A stretch of DNA of 32,234 nucleotides from Actinomycetota bacterium (GTDB lineage: Bacteria; Actinomycetota; Thermoleophilia; Gaiellales; Gaiellaceae). The notes under the pieces were generated by a model. That model ran no database searches. It was not told where the DNA came from and saw nothing but the letters and a program-made list of their open reading frames with translations. Positions 24,547 through 32,234 of the stretch are shown in pieces. Numbering within the stretch: the first letter of the stretch is position 1; each line of letters starts with the position of its first letter. Both the position numbers and the translations under genes were made by a program. The DNA lies in NCBI GenBank assembly GCA_040349295.1, contig JBEQUF010000349.1:1-32234 (forward strand), written 5' to 3'.

Positions 24547-25752
24547 TCAGCGCGCGGTCTGGTTATGCCTCAAGAGGTGTTGAGCAGCAGCCCGGCCGCT
24601 CCGCACCGCCGACTCCATCGTCGCGGGCCAGCCCGTGTCCGTCCAGGTGCCGGCGCGCACGACGGCGGGCCGCCCGGTCTCGACGCCGGGCCGCCGCGTG
24701 CCCGGGCGGACCGCGATCGTCGCGTACGGCTCGCGGCTGACCCGCGACCAGAGGAGCTCCGCGTCGCCGAGCCGTTCCGTCAGCTGGCCGGCGATGCGGT
24801 CGACGAGCCCCCTGCCGCGGATCTCGAGCAGATCGGGGACGCCGGACGAGACGACGGTCAGGTACTGGCCCCGGTCCGGCCGGTGCCCCGTGAGCGAGCC
24901 GCGGTCGAAGACCCAGTGTGCGTCGCTCCCGAGCAGCGCGGCGAGCGGGCTCGGGAGGAGCACGCGGTCGAACCAGAGGTGGACGCTGACGATCGGCGAG
25001 TCCTCGAGCGCGGGCGCCTCCTCGCCGAGCAGCCGCGCCGACTCGCGCGGCGGCGTCGCGACGACGACCGCGTCGGCGTCGAGCTCGTCGAGCGACTCGA
25101 CCTTCGACTCGAGCCTGACCCGTTCGCCGAGCACGCGGCCGGCGGCGTCGCCGTGCATCCAGCCGAGCGGCTTCAGCGGCAGCACGAGGTCGGCGTTGCC
25201 GCGCGCGCCGAGCAGCGCCGTGCGCACCGTGAAGAGACCCGCCTCGCCGTCGACCTCGTCCGTCGGCAGGTTCAGCGCGGGACGGATGAAGACGTCCCAG
25301 AAGCGGTCGATCGCGACGTCCGAGCTCCCGGCCCGGCGGAGCACGTCGCCGAACGTGCCGCGCCCGTCCGCCTTGCGCAGCCGCAGCAGCACGAACGGCA
25401 GCTGCAGCCGGTCGCGGAGCGGCAGATGCCTGTAGAAGAGGAGCGTCCGCGGATCGATCGACGACGTGCGCGACCGCTCGTCGATGACCGGCAGCGCGAG
25501 TCGCGTGCGGAGATACGAGTCGCCCTCGCCGACGCGGTCGAGGAAGCGGAGGTACTCGGTGAAGCAGCCGAGCGCGATGTGCTGGCCGTTGTCGGGCGGC
25601 GGCTGCGGGTCGCCGTCGCGCTCGGGCAGCGTCTGCACTGCGCCGCCGAGCGTCGGGCGCGCTTCGTGCAGCGTCACGTCGACGCCGGCGTCCAGCAGCT
25701 CGAGGGCCGCGCTCAGTCCCGCGAGGCCCCCTCCCACGACGGCCGCCTTCAT
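24547..25752 (-). CDS. hpnE: squalene-associated FAD-dependent desaturase (hydroxysqualene oxidoreductase)
   Basis: ATG at 25752, MKAAVVGGGLAGLSAALEL (dinucleotide fold). It is an amine-oxidase-like protein about 401 aa long, and sits between hpnD and shc. Confidence 0.85.
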   Translation of the reverse strand: MKAAVVGGGLAGLSAALELLDAGVDVTLHEARPTLGGAVQTLPERDGDPQPPPDNGQHIALGCFTEYLRFLDRVGEGDSYLRTRLALPVIDERSRTSSIDPRTLLFYRHLPLRDRLQLPFVLLRLRKADGRGTFGDVLRRAGSSDVAIDRFWDVFIRPALNLPTDEVDGEAGLFTVRTALLGARGNADLVLPLKPLGWMHGDAAGRVLGERVRLESKVESLDELDADAVVVATPPRESARLLGEEAPALEDSPIVSVHLWFDRVLLPSPLAALLGSDAHWVFDRGSLTGHRPDRGQYLTVVSSGVPDLLEIRGRGLVDRIAGQLTERLGDAELLWSRVSREPYATIAVRPGTRRPGVETGRPAVVRAGTWTDTGWPATMESAVRSGRAAAQHLLRHNQTAR

Positions 25753-26537
25753 AGGAGATTGCGCGCGACGACGCCGAGCTTCTCGCGCGTCGTCAGCCGG
25801 CACGACTTGCCGAAGACGTCGAAGCCGTTCGCCTCCATGCGGTCGAGCTGGCCGCTGTAGAGGCCGGCGAAGGTCGCGACGCAGAGCGCGCTGCGCCGGT
25901 CGAGCGAACCGAGGAGGCGCAGTCCCTCCTCGAGGTGCACGCGCGCCCGCCGCGCGTTGAACCGCATCAGCTCGACGAACTCGGGCGTGTACGCGAGCTC
26001 CGTCACGCCGAAGCGCTCGAGCTCGTCCTGCGGCAGGTAGACGCGCCCGAGCCGCCGGTCCTCGTCGACGTCGCGCATGATGTTGATCAGCTGGAGCGCG
26101 ATGCCGAGCGTGTTCGCGCGCTCGACGTCGTTGCTGCCGTAGACGGCGATGCACGCGACGCCGACCGCGCCGGCGACCTTCTCGCAGTAGCCGCGCAGGT
26201 CGTCGAACGTCGCGTACGTCTCCTGCTCGAGATCCTGCAGCCCGCCGTCGACGAGCTTGCTCAGCGCCTCGGTCGGGATGTCGTAGCGGCCGCGCGCGTC
26301 TGCGAGCGCGAGCAGCTCGCGGCCGTCGAGCTTCGCGCGCAACGCCTCGAGCCGCACGCGCTTCTCGTCGGGGGGCAGGTCGCCGTCGGCGATGTCGTCG
26401 ACCTCGCGCGCGAACGCGTAGATGGCGGCGATCGCGCGGCGCTTCTCCTTCGGCAGCACCATGATCCCGTAGGCGAAGTTCTTCGCCTCGCGGCGCGTGA
26501 CGCGCATCACCTCCTCGTAGGCGGCGTCGACGCTCAT
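25749..26537 (-). CDS. hpnD: presqualene diphosphate synthase (squalene/phytoene synthase family)
   Basis: ATG at 26537. Asp-rich motifs YAFAREVDDIAD and NIMRDVDEDRRLGRVYLP. ATGA overlaps at both ends. Confidence 0.85.
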   Translation of the reverse strand: MSVDAAYEEVMRVTRREAKNFAYGIMVLPKEKRRAIAAIYAFAREVDDIADGDLPPDEKRVRLEALRAKLDGRELLALADARGRYDIPTEALSKLVDGGLQDLEQETYATFDDLRGYCEKVAGAVGVACIAVYGSNDVERANTLGIALQLINIMRDVDEDRRLGRVYLPQDELERFGVTELAYTPEFVELMRFNARRARVHLEEGLRLLGSLDRRSALCVATFAGLYSGQLDRMEANGFDVFGKSCRLTTREKLGVVARNLL

Positions 26538-27340
26538 CTGACGAGCACCAGGGCCGCTTCGCGTGCGAGCCGTGCACGCGACGGCTTCGGTCGTTGCGTG
26601 AACACGTCCCAGTTCGCATCCTCGAGCGCCTCGAGCGCGGCGAGCCCGCCGCGGGCGAACAGGCCGACGGCGCGTCCCAGCCGGCCGCCGATCCCGGCGC
26701 GCAGCGTGTCGCCGCTCCGGAGCAGCGACGCCGCGCGCGTCGCCTCGAAGCGCAGGAGCGCGCGCAGCTCCTCCGACGGACGGTCGAGCGCCGGGTCGCC
26801 GAAGCGCTCGCGATCCTCGTGCGGCAGGTAGACGCGCCCCATCGCCAGGTCGCGTGGCACGTCCTGCAGGAAGTTGACGAGCTGCAGCCCGGTGCACACG
26901 TCGTCGCTCGCCGCGACGAGCGTCGCGTCGTCGAGCTTGCGCAGCACGCCGAGGACGAGCCGGCCGCACGGATCGGCGGAATGGACGCAGTAGTGCTTCA
27001 CCTCGTCCCACGTCGCGTAGTCCGTCTTCTCCTGGTCGATCCGGTTCGCCTCGATCAACCGGTCGAAGGGCTCGCGCGGCAGGTCGAACTCGCGCACCGT
27101 CGGCTGGACGTTGCGCATGATCGGCCACTCGGGCTCGCCCTCGAACGTGAGCGAAACCTGATGCTGCAGCTCCTCGAGCGCTTCGAGGCGATCGCCCTCG
27201 TACGAGTCGCCGAGCTCGTCGACGAAGCGCGCGTAGCAGTACAGCGCGCGCACGTGTGGACGCAGCGCGCGCGGAAAGAGCACGGAGCCGACCGGGAAGT
27301 TCTCCCCGGCCGCTCTCGCGGCGACCTCGGCGACCTCCAT
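26534..27340 (-). CDS. hpnC: hydroxysqualene synthase (squalene/phytoene synthase family)
   Basis: ATG at 27340 (MEVAEVAARAAGENFPV). Motifs YARFVDELGD and NFLQDVPRDLAMGRVYLP. It is the first gene of the operon. Confidence 0.8.
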   Translation of the reverse strand: MEVAEVAARAAGENFPVGSVLFPRALRPHVRALYCYARFVDELGDSYEGDRLEALEELQHQVSLTFEGEPEWPIMRNVQPTVREFDLPREPFDRLIEANRIDQEKTDYATWDEVKHYCVHSADPCGRLVLGVLRKLDDATLVAASDDVCTGLQLVNFLQDVPRDLAMGRVYLPHEDRERFGDPALDRPSEELRALLRFEATRAASLLRSGDTLRAGIGGRLGRAVGLFARGGLAALEALEDANWDVFTQRPKPSRARLAREAALVLVR

Positions 27341-27368
27341 CGAGAGCCATTCTGCTTGAATCACTCTC

Positions 27369-27734
27369 GTGAGTGGGGGCACTGACAGCGTCCGGGAGGA
27401 CCCGGTCGCGGGGATCGATCGCAACGGCGACGCGACGATCGTGCACCTCGCCGGCGAGCTCGACCTCTACAACGCGCACGAGGTCCGCGAGGCGCTGGTG
27501 ACCTGCACCTCGGAGACGCCGCAGCGGCTCGTCGTCGACCTCGCCGAGGTCAAGTTCGTCGACTCGACCGCGCTCGGCGTCCTCATCGAGGCTCGCACGC
27601 GGATGGAGAACCGGAAGGCGTTCCTGCTCGCCTCGCCCGGCCTCGAGACGCGTCGCGCACTCGAGATCTCCGGGCTCGACAAGCACTTCAACGTGCACGA
27701 GTCGCTCGACTCGGCGCTCGCCGCCGCGATCTAG
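27369..27734 (+). CDS. STAS-domain anti-sigma-factor antagonist (SpoIIAA/RsbV-like)
   Basis: HLAGELDLYNAHEVREAL...LVVDLAEVKFVDSTALGVLIEAR includes the conserved DST(A/G)LG phospho-serine context. GTG start. Confidence 0.8.
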   Translation: MSGGTDSVREDPVAGIDRNGDATIVHLAGELDLYNAHEVREALVTCTSETPQRLVVDLAEVKFVDSTALGVLIEARTRMENRKAFLLASPGLETRRALEISGLDKHFNVHESLDSALAAAI

Positions 27735-27797
27735 CTCCGGTTCGCCCGGCGACGAATCGGCGCTCGCGCGCGTGTCGATCAGTAGGGTCTGACTCCG

Positions 27798-29036
27798 ATG
27801 ATCAGCGAGGGCATCCTCGAGCCGGACGAGCTGCGCCGCTACGCCGATGCGATCGTGAAGGCGTCGCTCGGCATCAAGAAGGGCGACACGCTCGTCGTCA
27901 GCGGCGAGCCGGAGCACCGCGAGCTGATGCTCGCCGTCGTCGACGCGGGCTATCGCGCCGGCGCGCTCGTCTCCGACATCGACTACGGCGATCCCTGGGC
28001 CTATCGCGCACGCGTGCTCAGCGGCTCGGCGGAGGCGCGGGCGGCGATCACGCCCTGGCGCCTGCGCCAGTACCGCGAGCTCGTCAAGCCGACTGCGGCG
28101 CGCGCACACATCCACGGCGCCGCCGACCTCGGCTACCTCGACGGCGTGCCGCCGAAGAAGATCGCCGAGTCGCAGGCGGCCGTCGCGGCGCAGCTCAAGT
28201 GGTTCCAGCGTGCGAACCTCGAGATGAGCGCCCGCTGGACGATCGCCGGCTGGCCGACGGACCACTGGGCGAAGCAGGTGTATCCCGAGCTCTCGACGCT
28301 CGACGGCAAGCGCGCGCTCGCTCGCGACTTTCTCCATTTCTGCCGGCTGACCGACGCCGACGGCGCCGGCGCGAAGGGCTGGCTCGAGCACGTGAAGCTG
28401 ATCGCGCGCCGCTCGGCGAAGCTGACGAAGCTCGGCCTCGTCGGCCTCGAGCTGCGCGGCCCCGGGACGGAGCTGGACGTGCGGCTCGCCGCCGGGACGA
28501 GATGGCTCGGCGGCCAGGAGGAGAACAAGCACGGCGCCAAGATCGCGCCGAACATGCCGACCGAGGAGACGTTCACGAGCCCGCACGCCGACGGCACGAA
28601 CGGGACGTTCACGTGCACGTTCCCGCTCACGTTCCAGGGCCGCGTCATCCACGGCATCGCCGGCGAGTTCCGCAACGGGAAGCTCGTGCGGATCGACGCC
28701 GCGACGAAGCAGGACCGCGACTACCTGACGGCCTACATCGACAGCGACCCGACCGGCAACGGGCGCCGGCTCGGCGAGGTGGCGCTCGTCGACGCGACGT
28801 CCCGCATCGGCTCGAGCGGCCGGATGTACTACGACACGCTGATGGACGAGAACGCCGCCACGCACATCGCGTTCGGCGCCGGGTTCGACGGCACGCGCGA
28901 CCGCGCGAAGACCGGCCTCAACCGGTCGACGATCCACCTGGACGTGATGATCGGCGGCCCCGACTTCGAGGTCACCGGCATCACCGCCAACGGCCGCCGC
29001 AAGCCCGTCATCGCCTCCGGCCTCTGGCAGATCTAG
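27798..29036 (+). CDS. M29 family (AmpS/PepS-type) aminopeptidase
   Basis: Motifs: LRRYADAIVKASLGIKKGDTLVVSGEPEHRELMLAVVDAGYRAGA, PTEETFTSP, ENAATHIAFG, STIHLDVMIG. Confidence 0.85.
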   Translation: MISEGILEPDELRRYADAIVKASLGIKKGDTLVVSGEPEHRELMLAVVDAGYRAGALVSDIDYGDPWAYRARVLSGSAEARAAITPWRLRQYRELVKPTAARAHIHGAADLGYLDGVPPKKIAESQAAVAAQLKWFQRANLEMSARWTIAGWPTDHWAKQVYPELSTLDGKRALARDFLHFCRLTDADGAGAKGWLEHVKLIARRSAKLTKLGLVGLELRGPGTELDVRLAAGTRWLGGQEENKHGAKIAPNMPTEETFTSPHADGTNGTFTCTFPLTFQGRVIHGIAGEFRNGKLVRIDAATKQDRDYLTAYIDSDPTGNGRRLGEVALVDATSRIGSSGRMYYDTLMDENAATHIAFGAGFDGTRDRAKTGLNRSTIHLDVMIGGPDFEVTGITANGRRKPVIASGLWQI

Positions 29037-29044
29037 TCACGTTC

Positions 29045-29084
29045 CGCAACGTGGTTGCCGGACATGTCCGGCAACCACGTTGCG
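29045..29084. terminator. perfect 40-bp palindrome (about 18-bp stem) between convergent genes; likely a bidirectional terminator
   Basis: cgcaacgtggttgccggaca|tgtccggcaaccacgttgcg, symmetric about 29064/29065. It lies between the aminopeptidase stop (29036) and the PBP stop (29107). Confidence 0.65.
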
Positions 29085-29106
29085 ATCGAGGAGCGGCGGA
29101 CAGCCG

Positions 29107-31245
29107 CTACTGCCCGTTGCCGCCGGCGGGGGTGGTCGCGGGCGGAGCGGGCGGCGGCGCGGGCTTCGGGGCCGGCTTCGGTGCCGGCTTGTTCTCCGAC
29201 GCCGGCGGCGGCGAGCGGGTCGGCGTCGTCACGGTCGTCGTCGTGGTCGCGGGTGCCGGCGTGTACGACGGCGTGTACGAGTAGCTCGTCGGCGGCGGGC
29301 TCACGTACCGGCCGCCGATCGTCGGCGCGTGGAACGACAGCACCGGGAGCTTCGCCGTCGCCTGCGCCATGAACGCGTGCCAGATCTCGGCGGGCAGCGT
29401 GCCGCCCGTGACGCCGGCGACGCCCTCGACGTACGCCAGCGGGATCTCGCCCTTCGGGTAGCCGACCCAGACGCACGTGGCGAGCTGGACGACGAAGCCG
29501 CAGAACCAGGCGTCGACGGAGTTCTCGGCGGTGCCCGTCTTCCCCGCCACCGGCCGTGCCCCGAGCCCGGCCGCGACGCCGGTGCCGTGCTGGACGACGC
29601 CCTGCATCGCATACGTCACCGTGTCGGCCGTGTTCGCCGGGATGGCACGTGCGCCCGGCGCGCTCAGCTTCCCGATCACGCTGCCCGACGGGCCGCGCAC
29701 CTGCAGGAACGCCTGCGGGTCGCGGTGGATCCCGCGCGCGGCGAACGTCGCGTAGGCGTCGGTCATCTCGAGCGGGTTCACCGGCTGCGTGCCGAGCGTG
29801 ATCGAGCACACGGGCTTCAGCTCCGTCGTGATGCCCATCCGGTGGGCCGTGTTGGCGACGTTCTGCGGGCCGACGACGTCGACGAGCTGCGCGAAGATCG
29901 TGTTGACCGAGTTCGCGAGCGCGTTGAGGAGGTTGTCGTAGCCGGCGACCTCGTCCGCGTAGTTGTGCACGTCCCACGGCTCCCCGTTGTACGAGCACTT
30001 CGGATCGGTGATCTGCAGCTCGGGCGGCCCGTTGAAGCCGGTGTAGACGGAGATGCCCTGGTCGACCGCGGTCGCGAGCGTGAACGGCTTGAACGCCGAG
30101 CCCGCCTGCCGCGTCGACTGGGTCGCGAGGTTGAACTTCAGCAGGCGACCGTCCGGGACGTACGCCTGCATCGCCTTCACCGCCCCCGTGCGCGGGTCGA
30201 TCGCCACGAGCGCCGCCGCCGGATCGGTCTTCGTGCGCAGGACGCTCTTGATCGCGGAGATCGCCTGGTACTGCAGGCGCGGGTCGATCGTCGTCCGCAC
30301 CTGCAGGCCGCCCTCCTCGACGCGCTGCGCGCCGAACCGCTCGATCAGCTGCGTCGTCGCCCAGCCGAAGAAGTTCGGGTGGCGCTGCTGGCTGTAGAGA
30401 TCGCCGAGCTTCAGCCCGAGCGGCGACGCGACGGCGCGCGCGAACTCGGTCTGCGTGATGTCGCCGTTCGTGAGCATCGCGCGCAGCACCTCGTTGCGCC
30501 GCGCGATCGCGTCCTGCGGATTGCGCACCGGGTCGTAGATCGACGGCGCCTGCGGCAGCCCGGCGAGGAGCGCCGCCTGCGCGATCGTCAAGCGCCTCGC
30601 GCTCGTCGAGAAGAACGTCTCGGCCCCCGCCTCCGCGCCGTAGGCGTTACGACCGTAGAAGACCTCGTTCAGGTAGGCGGCGAGGATCTGCTTCTTCGTC
30701 AGCTTGCCGGCGAGCTTCTGCGCGAGGCAGGCCTCTTTCACCTTGCGCGAGATCGTCCGCTCGTTCGAGCCGATGTAGAGGTTGCGGACGAGCTCCTGCG
30801 TCAGCGTCGAGCCGCCCTCGACGATCCGGCCGTTCGTCGCGTCCTTGACCGCAGCCCGGAGGATCCCCTGGTAGTCGAGCGCGCCGTGCTGCCAGAAGCG
30901 GCGGTCCTCGATCGCGATCGTCGCCTTCGGCAGCCACGGCGAGATCTGGCCGAGCTTCAGCGGCTGTCGGTTGCGCTTCGACGGGATGACGCCGAGCAGC
31001 GAGCCGTCGCTCGCGAAGAGGAACGAGTTCTCGCCGAGCTGCAGCGGCCGGAGCTGGTTGAGGTTGCACGAGCCGAAGACGAGCGCGCGGCCGGTGAAGA
31101 CGCCGCCGGCGAGGAGCCCGACGACGACGATCGCGAAGGCGCCGGCGAGCGTCGCGAGGAGGCGACGGCGCGGCCGGCGACGGCGCGCGCGGGCGCGGCG
31201 GAGCGCGATCAGCGCTGCGAGCTCGAGATCGTCCCTGTCCGCCAC
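29107..31245 (-). CDS. class A penicillin-binding protein (glycosyltransferase 51 + transpeptidase) with a Pro-rich C-terminal tail
   Basis: GT51 motifs EDRRFWQHGALDYQGI and GGSTLTQELVRN. Transpeptidase motifs SAFKPF, SVN and KTGT. N-terminal TM anchor. GTG at 31245, preceded by GGAGAC. Confidence 0.92.
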   Translation of the reverse strand: MADRDDLELAALIALRRARARRRRPRRRLLATLAGAFAIVVVGLLAGGVFTGRALVFGSCNLNQLRPLQLGENSFLFASDGSLLGVIPSKRNRQPLKLGQISPWLPKATIAIEDRRFWQHGALDYQGILRAAVKDATNGRIVEGGSTLTQELVRNLYIGSNERTISRKVKEACLAQKLAGKLTKKQILAAYLNEVFYGRNAYGAEAGAETFFSTSARRLTIAQAALLAGLPQAPSIYDPVRNPQDAIARRNEVLRAMLTNGDITQTEFARAVASPLGLKLGDLYSQQRHPNFFGWATTQLIERFGAQRVEEGGLQVRTTIDPRLQYQAISAIKSVLRTKTDPAAALVAIDPRTGAVKAMQAYVPDGRLLKFNLATQSTRQAGSAFKPFTLATAVDQGISVYTGFNGPPELQITDPKCSYNGEPWDVHNYADEVAGYDNLLNALANSVNTIFAQLVDVVGPQNVANTAHRMGITTELKPVCSITLGTQPVNPLEMTDAYATFAARGIHRDPQAFLQVRGPSGSVIGKLSAPGARAIPANTADTVTYAMQGVVQHGTGVAAGLGARPVAGKTGTAENSVDAWFCGFVVQLATCVWVGYPKGEIPLAYVEGVAGVTGGTLPAEIWHAFMAQATAKLPVLSFHAPTIGGRYVSPPPTSYSYTPSYTPAPATTTTTVTTPTRSPPPASENKPAPKPAPKPAPPPAPPATTPAGGNGQ

Positions 31246-31343
31246 GGCCGCCGAGGTTGTCTCCGCTCAGGAGACGGAAAAACGCGGGGCGGTGCGTAGT
31301 TTCCCCCGATCCGGCTCCCGAAGTCCGGCCGGACACTAGGCGG

Positions 31344-31649
31344 ATGCAGAGCGAGCTCTCGATCCCGGTCATCTGGACCGAGGACGGCACGCCGGCGCTC
31401 GCCGGCCGTCTCGACGTGCTCCGCGACCACCTGCATTTCGAGGGCGGCGTCCGCGAGCGGCGCCGGTCGGTCGACCTTCCGTTCCGCGAGATCGCGACGG
31501 CGCGCATGGGTCGCGCCACCGACGAGCGGGTCAACGGGCGGCCGGCGATCGTCCTCGCGCTCGCGGGCGGCGGCTCGGTCGCGTTCGCCGGCTTCGGGCG
31601 GCCGGGCGCCCTGGTGGAGATCCTCCACCAGATCGAAGAGCGGCTCTAG
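31344..31649 (+). CDS. small hypothetical protein (101 aa)
   Basis: ATG at 31344. Composition is balanced, and I recognise no motif. Its stop shares a CTAG with the convergent gene. Confidence 0.4.
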   Translation: MQSELSIPVIWTEDGTPALAGRLDVLRDHLHFEGGVRERRRSVDLPFREIATARMGRATDERVNGRPAIVLALAGGGSVAFAGFGRPGALVEILHQIEERL

Positions 31650-32234
31650 GAGACGGTCAGGGCCGGCCCCGCGTACCCGAGCGCGGGCGACGAGAGCCGG
31701 ATCTGCGCACCCACGGCGACCGTCACCGTGCGTGCGAACGCGCCGCTCGAGCCCGTGCGGCCGCTCGCAAGCGTCCGCCAGGCCGAGCCCCTCTTCGCCT
31801 GCACGACGTACGAGCGCGCCCCCGAGCCCGGACGCACCATGCCCCACAGGGAGACGCGGCTGCCGGAGCGCGACGCCTCGGCGAGCGGCAGGGCGAAGGC
31901 GTGGACCGAGAGCTTCGGCTTGCCGGTCGACGTGTAGAGCCCGCTCTGCCACCCCCCGAGCGACGGCTCGTCGCGGACGAGGAACTGGATCAGGACGGTC
32001 ACGCCCGGCTGCTTCCACACCCGGAGCGCAGCCGAGCCGAGGTAGGTCGCCTGCTTCAGCTGCGACACGCCGAGCAGCGTGTCGGGCGGATTCGTCTGGT
32101 AGCCGTACTCGGTGAGCCAGAGCTGCGTCTTCGCACCGAAGTAGGCCGTCACGTCACGACGGATCTGCGGCAGCGTCGCCATCGTGAAGTAGCTGCACTG
32201 CGGACACGACGTGTGCGTCGGCGTCTCGAGCGGG
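31646..32234 (-). CDS. C-terminal part of a probable secreted glycoside-hydrolase-like protein (5' end outside the window)
   Basis: The frame stays open upstream of the tracked Met to the window edge. LWLTEYGYQTNPPD resembles the nucleophile-Glu strand of TIM-barrel glycosidases. A beta-rich tail follows. Confidence 0.45.
   Translation of the reverse strand, partial: PLETPTHTSCPQCSYFTMATLPQIRRDVTAYFGAKTQLWLTEYGYQTNPPDTLLGVSQLKQATYLGSAALRVWKQPGVTVLIQFLVRDEPSLGGWQSGLYTSTGKPKLSVHAFALPLAEASRSGSRVSLWGMVRPGSGARSYVVQAKRGSAWRTLASGRTGSSGAFARTVTVAVGAQIRLSSPALGYAGPALTVS

Noticed and set aside
29045-29084. The 40-bp palindrome as a MITE or insertion-sequence end.
   Set aside because: It has no flanking direct repeats, no second copy in the window and no transposase nearby. 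A terminator is the more economical reading.
29055-29100. The same peptide, PDMSGNHVA, is encoded on both strands.
   Set aside because: This is a direct consequence of the perfect 40-bp palindrome at 29045-29084 and is not evidence of coding.
29150-29200. Tandem 12-nt repeat (cttcggNgccgg, about three units).
   Set aside because: It encodes the (KPAP)n low-complexity Pro-rich tail of the PBP. Such tails are common in actinobacterial class A PBPs, so it is not an independent DNA element.
1-32234. A scan for tRNA, rRNA, riboswitch, toxin-antitoxin, restriction-modification or other defence genes.
   Set aside because: I saw no cloverleaf-like or rRNA-like sequence. The intergenic spacers are too short for known riboswitches, with the largest only 98-113 bp. 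No recognisable nuclease, methylase, ATPase or TA motif occurs outside the annotated housekeeping genes.

Overview
This is a 32.2 kb window of very GC-rich DNA, roughly 70% or more by eye. Gene organisation looks actinobacterial; a Thermoleophilia or Rubrobacteria-like lineage is only a guess. I support about 38 protein-coding genes, packed almost without intergenic DNA. I found no rRNA, tRNA, CRISPR array, transposase, integrase or phage gene.

The centrepiece is a complete, translationally coupled hopanoid operon on the minus strand at 20271-27340: hpnC, hpnD, hpnE, shc, hpnH, hpnG and ispH. It continues in the same direction, with only two gaps of 10 nt or more, through yjbQ, two small membrane proteins, a CopC-CopD fusion, an ornithine-cyclodeaminase-family gene and two tandem citrate synthase paralogues, ending at 14566.

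The rest is mostly housekeeping:
- DNA and nucleotide metabolism: an Fpg/Nei glycosylase, tdk and folE2.
- Lipid and redox genes: plsY and a divergent pair of Fe/Mn superoxide dismutases.
- Other enzymes: an M29 aminopeptidase and a class A PBP.
- Less ordinary items: an ECF sigma/anti-sigma pair flanked by orphan secreted proteins, a long tandem-domain ThyX-like gene coupled to an MfpA-like pentapeptide-repeat gene, and a histidine-kinase-like protein with a degenerate ATPase domain.

The structural signals worth a second look are:
- Five divergent gene pairs whose start codons lie 0-28 nt apart, one pair sharing a CATG. This implies leaderless mRNAs with promoters buried inside the neighbouring gene.
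- Four copies of CCGTCAC, three of them in 11-bp phase, in a convergent intergenic region.
- A perfect 40-bp palindrome and a 12-bp-stem hairpin at two other convergent junctions.

I see no clearly novel defence or mobile system. The most speculative lead is the copper / OCD / double citrate synthase module fused to the hopanoid operon. All family calls come from motif recognition by eye, with no searches run. Many long Arg/Pro/Ala-rich ORFs in the track are antisense artefacts of the high GC content and were discarded.
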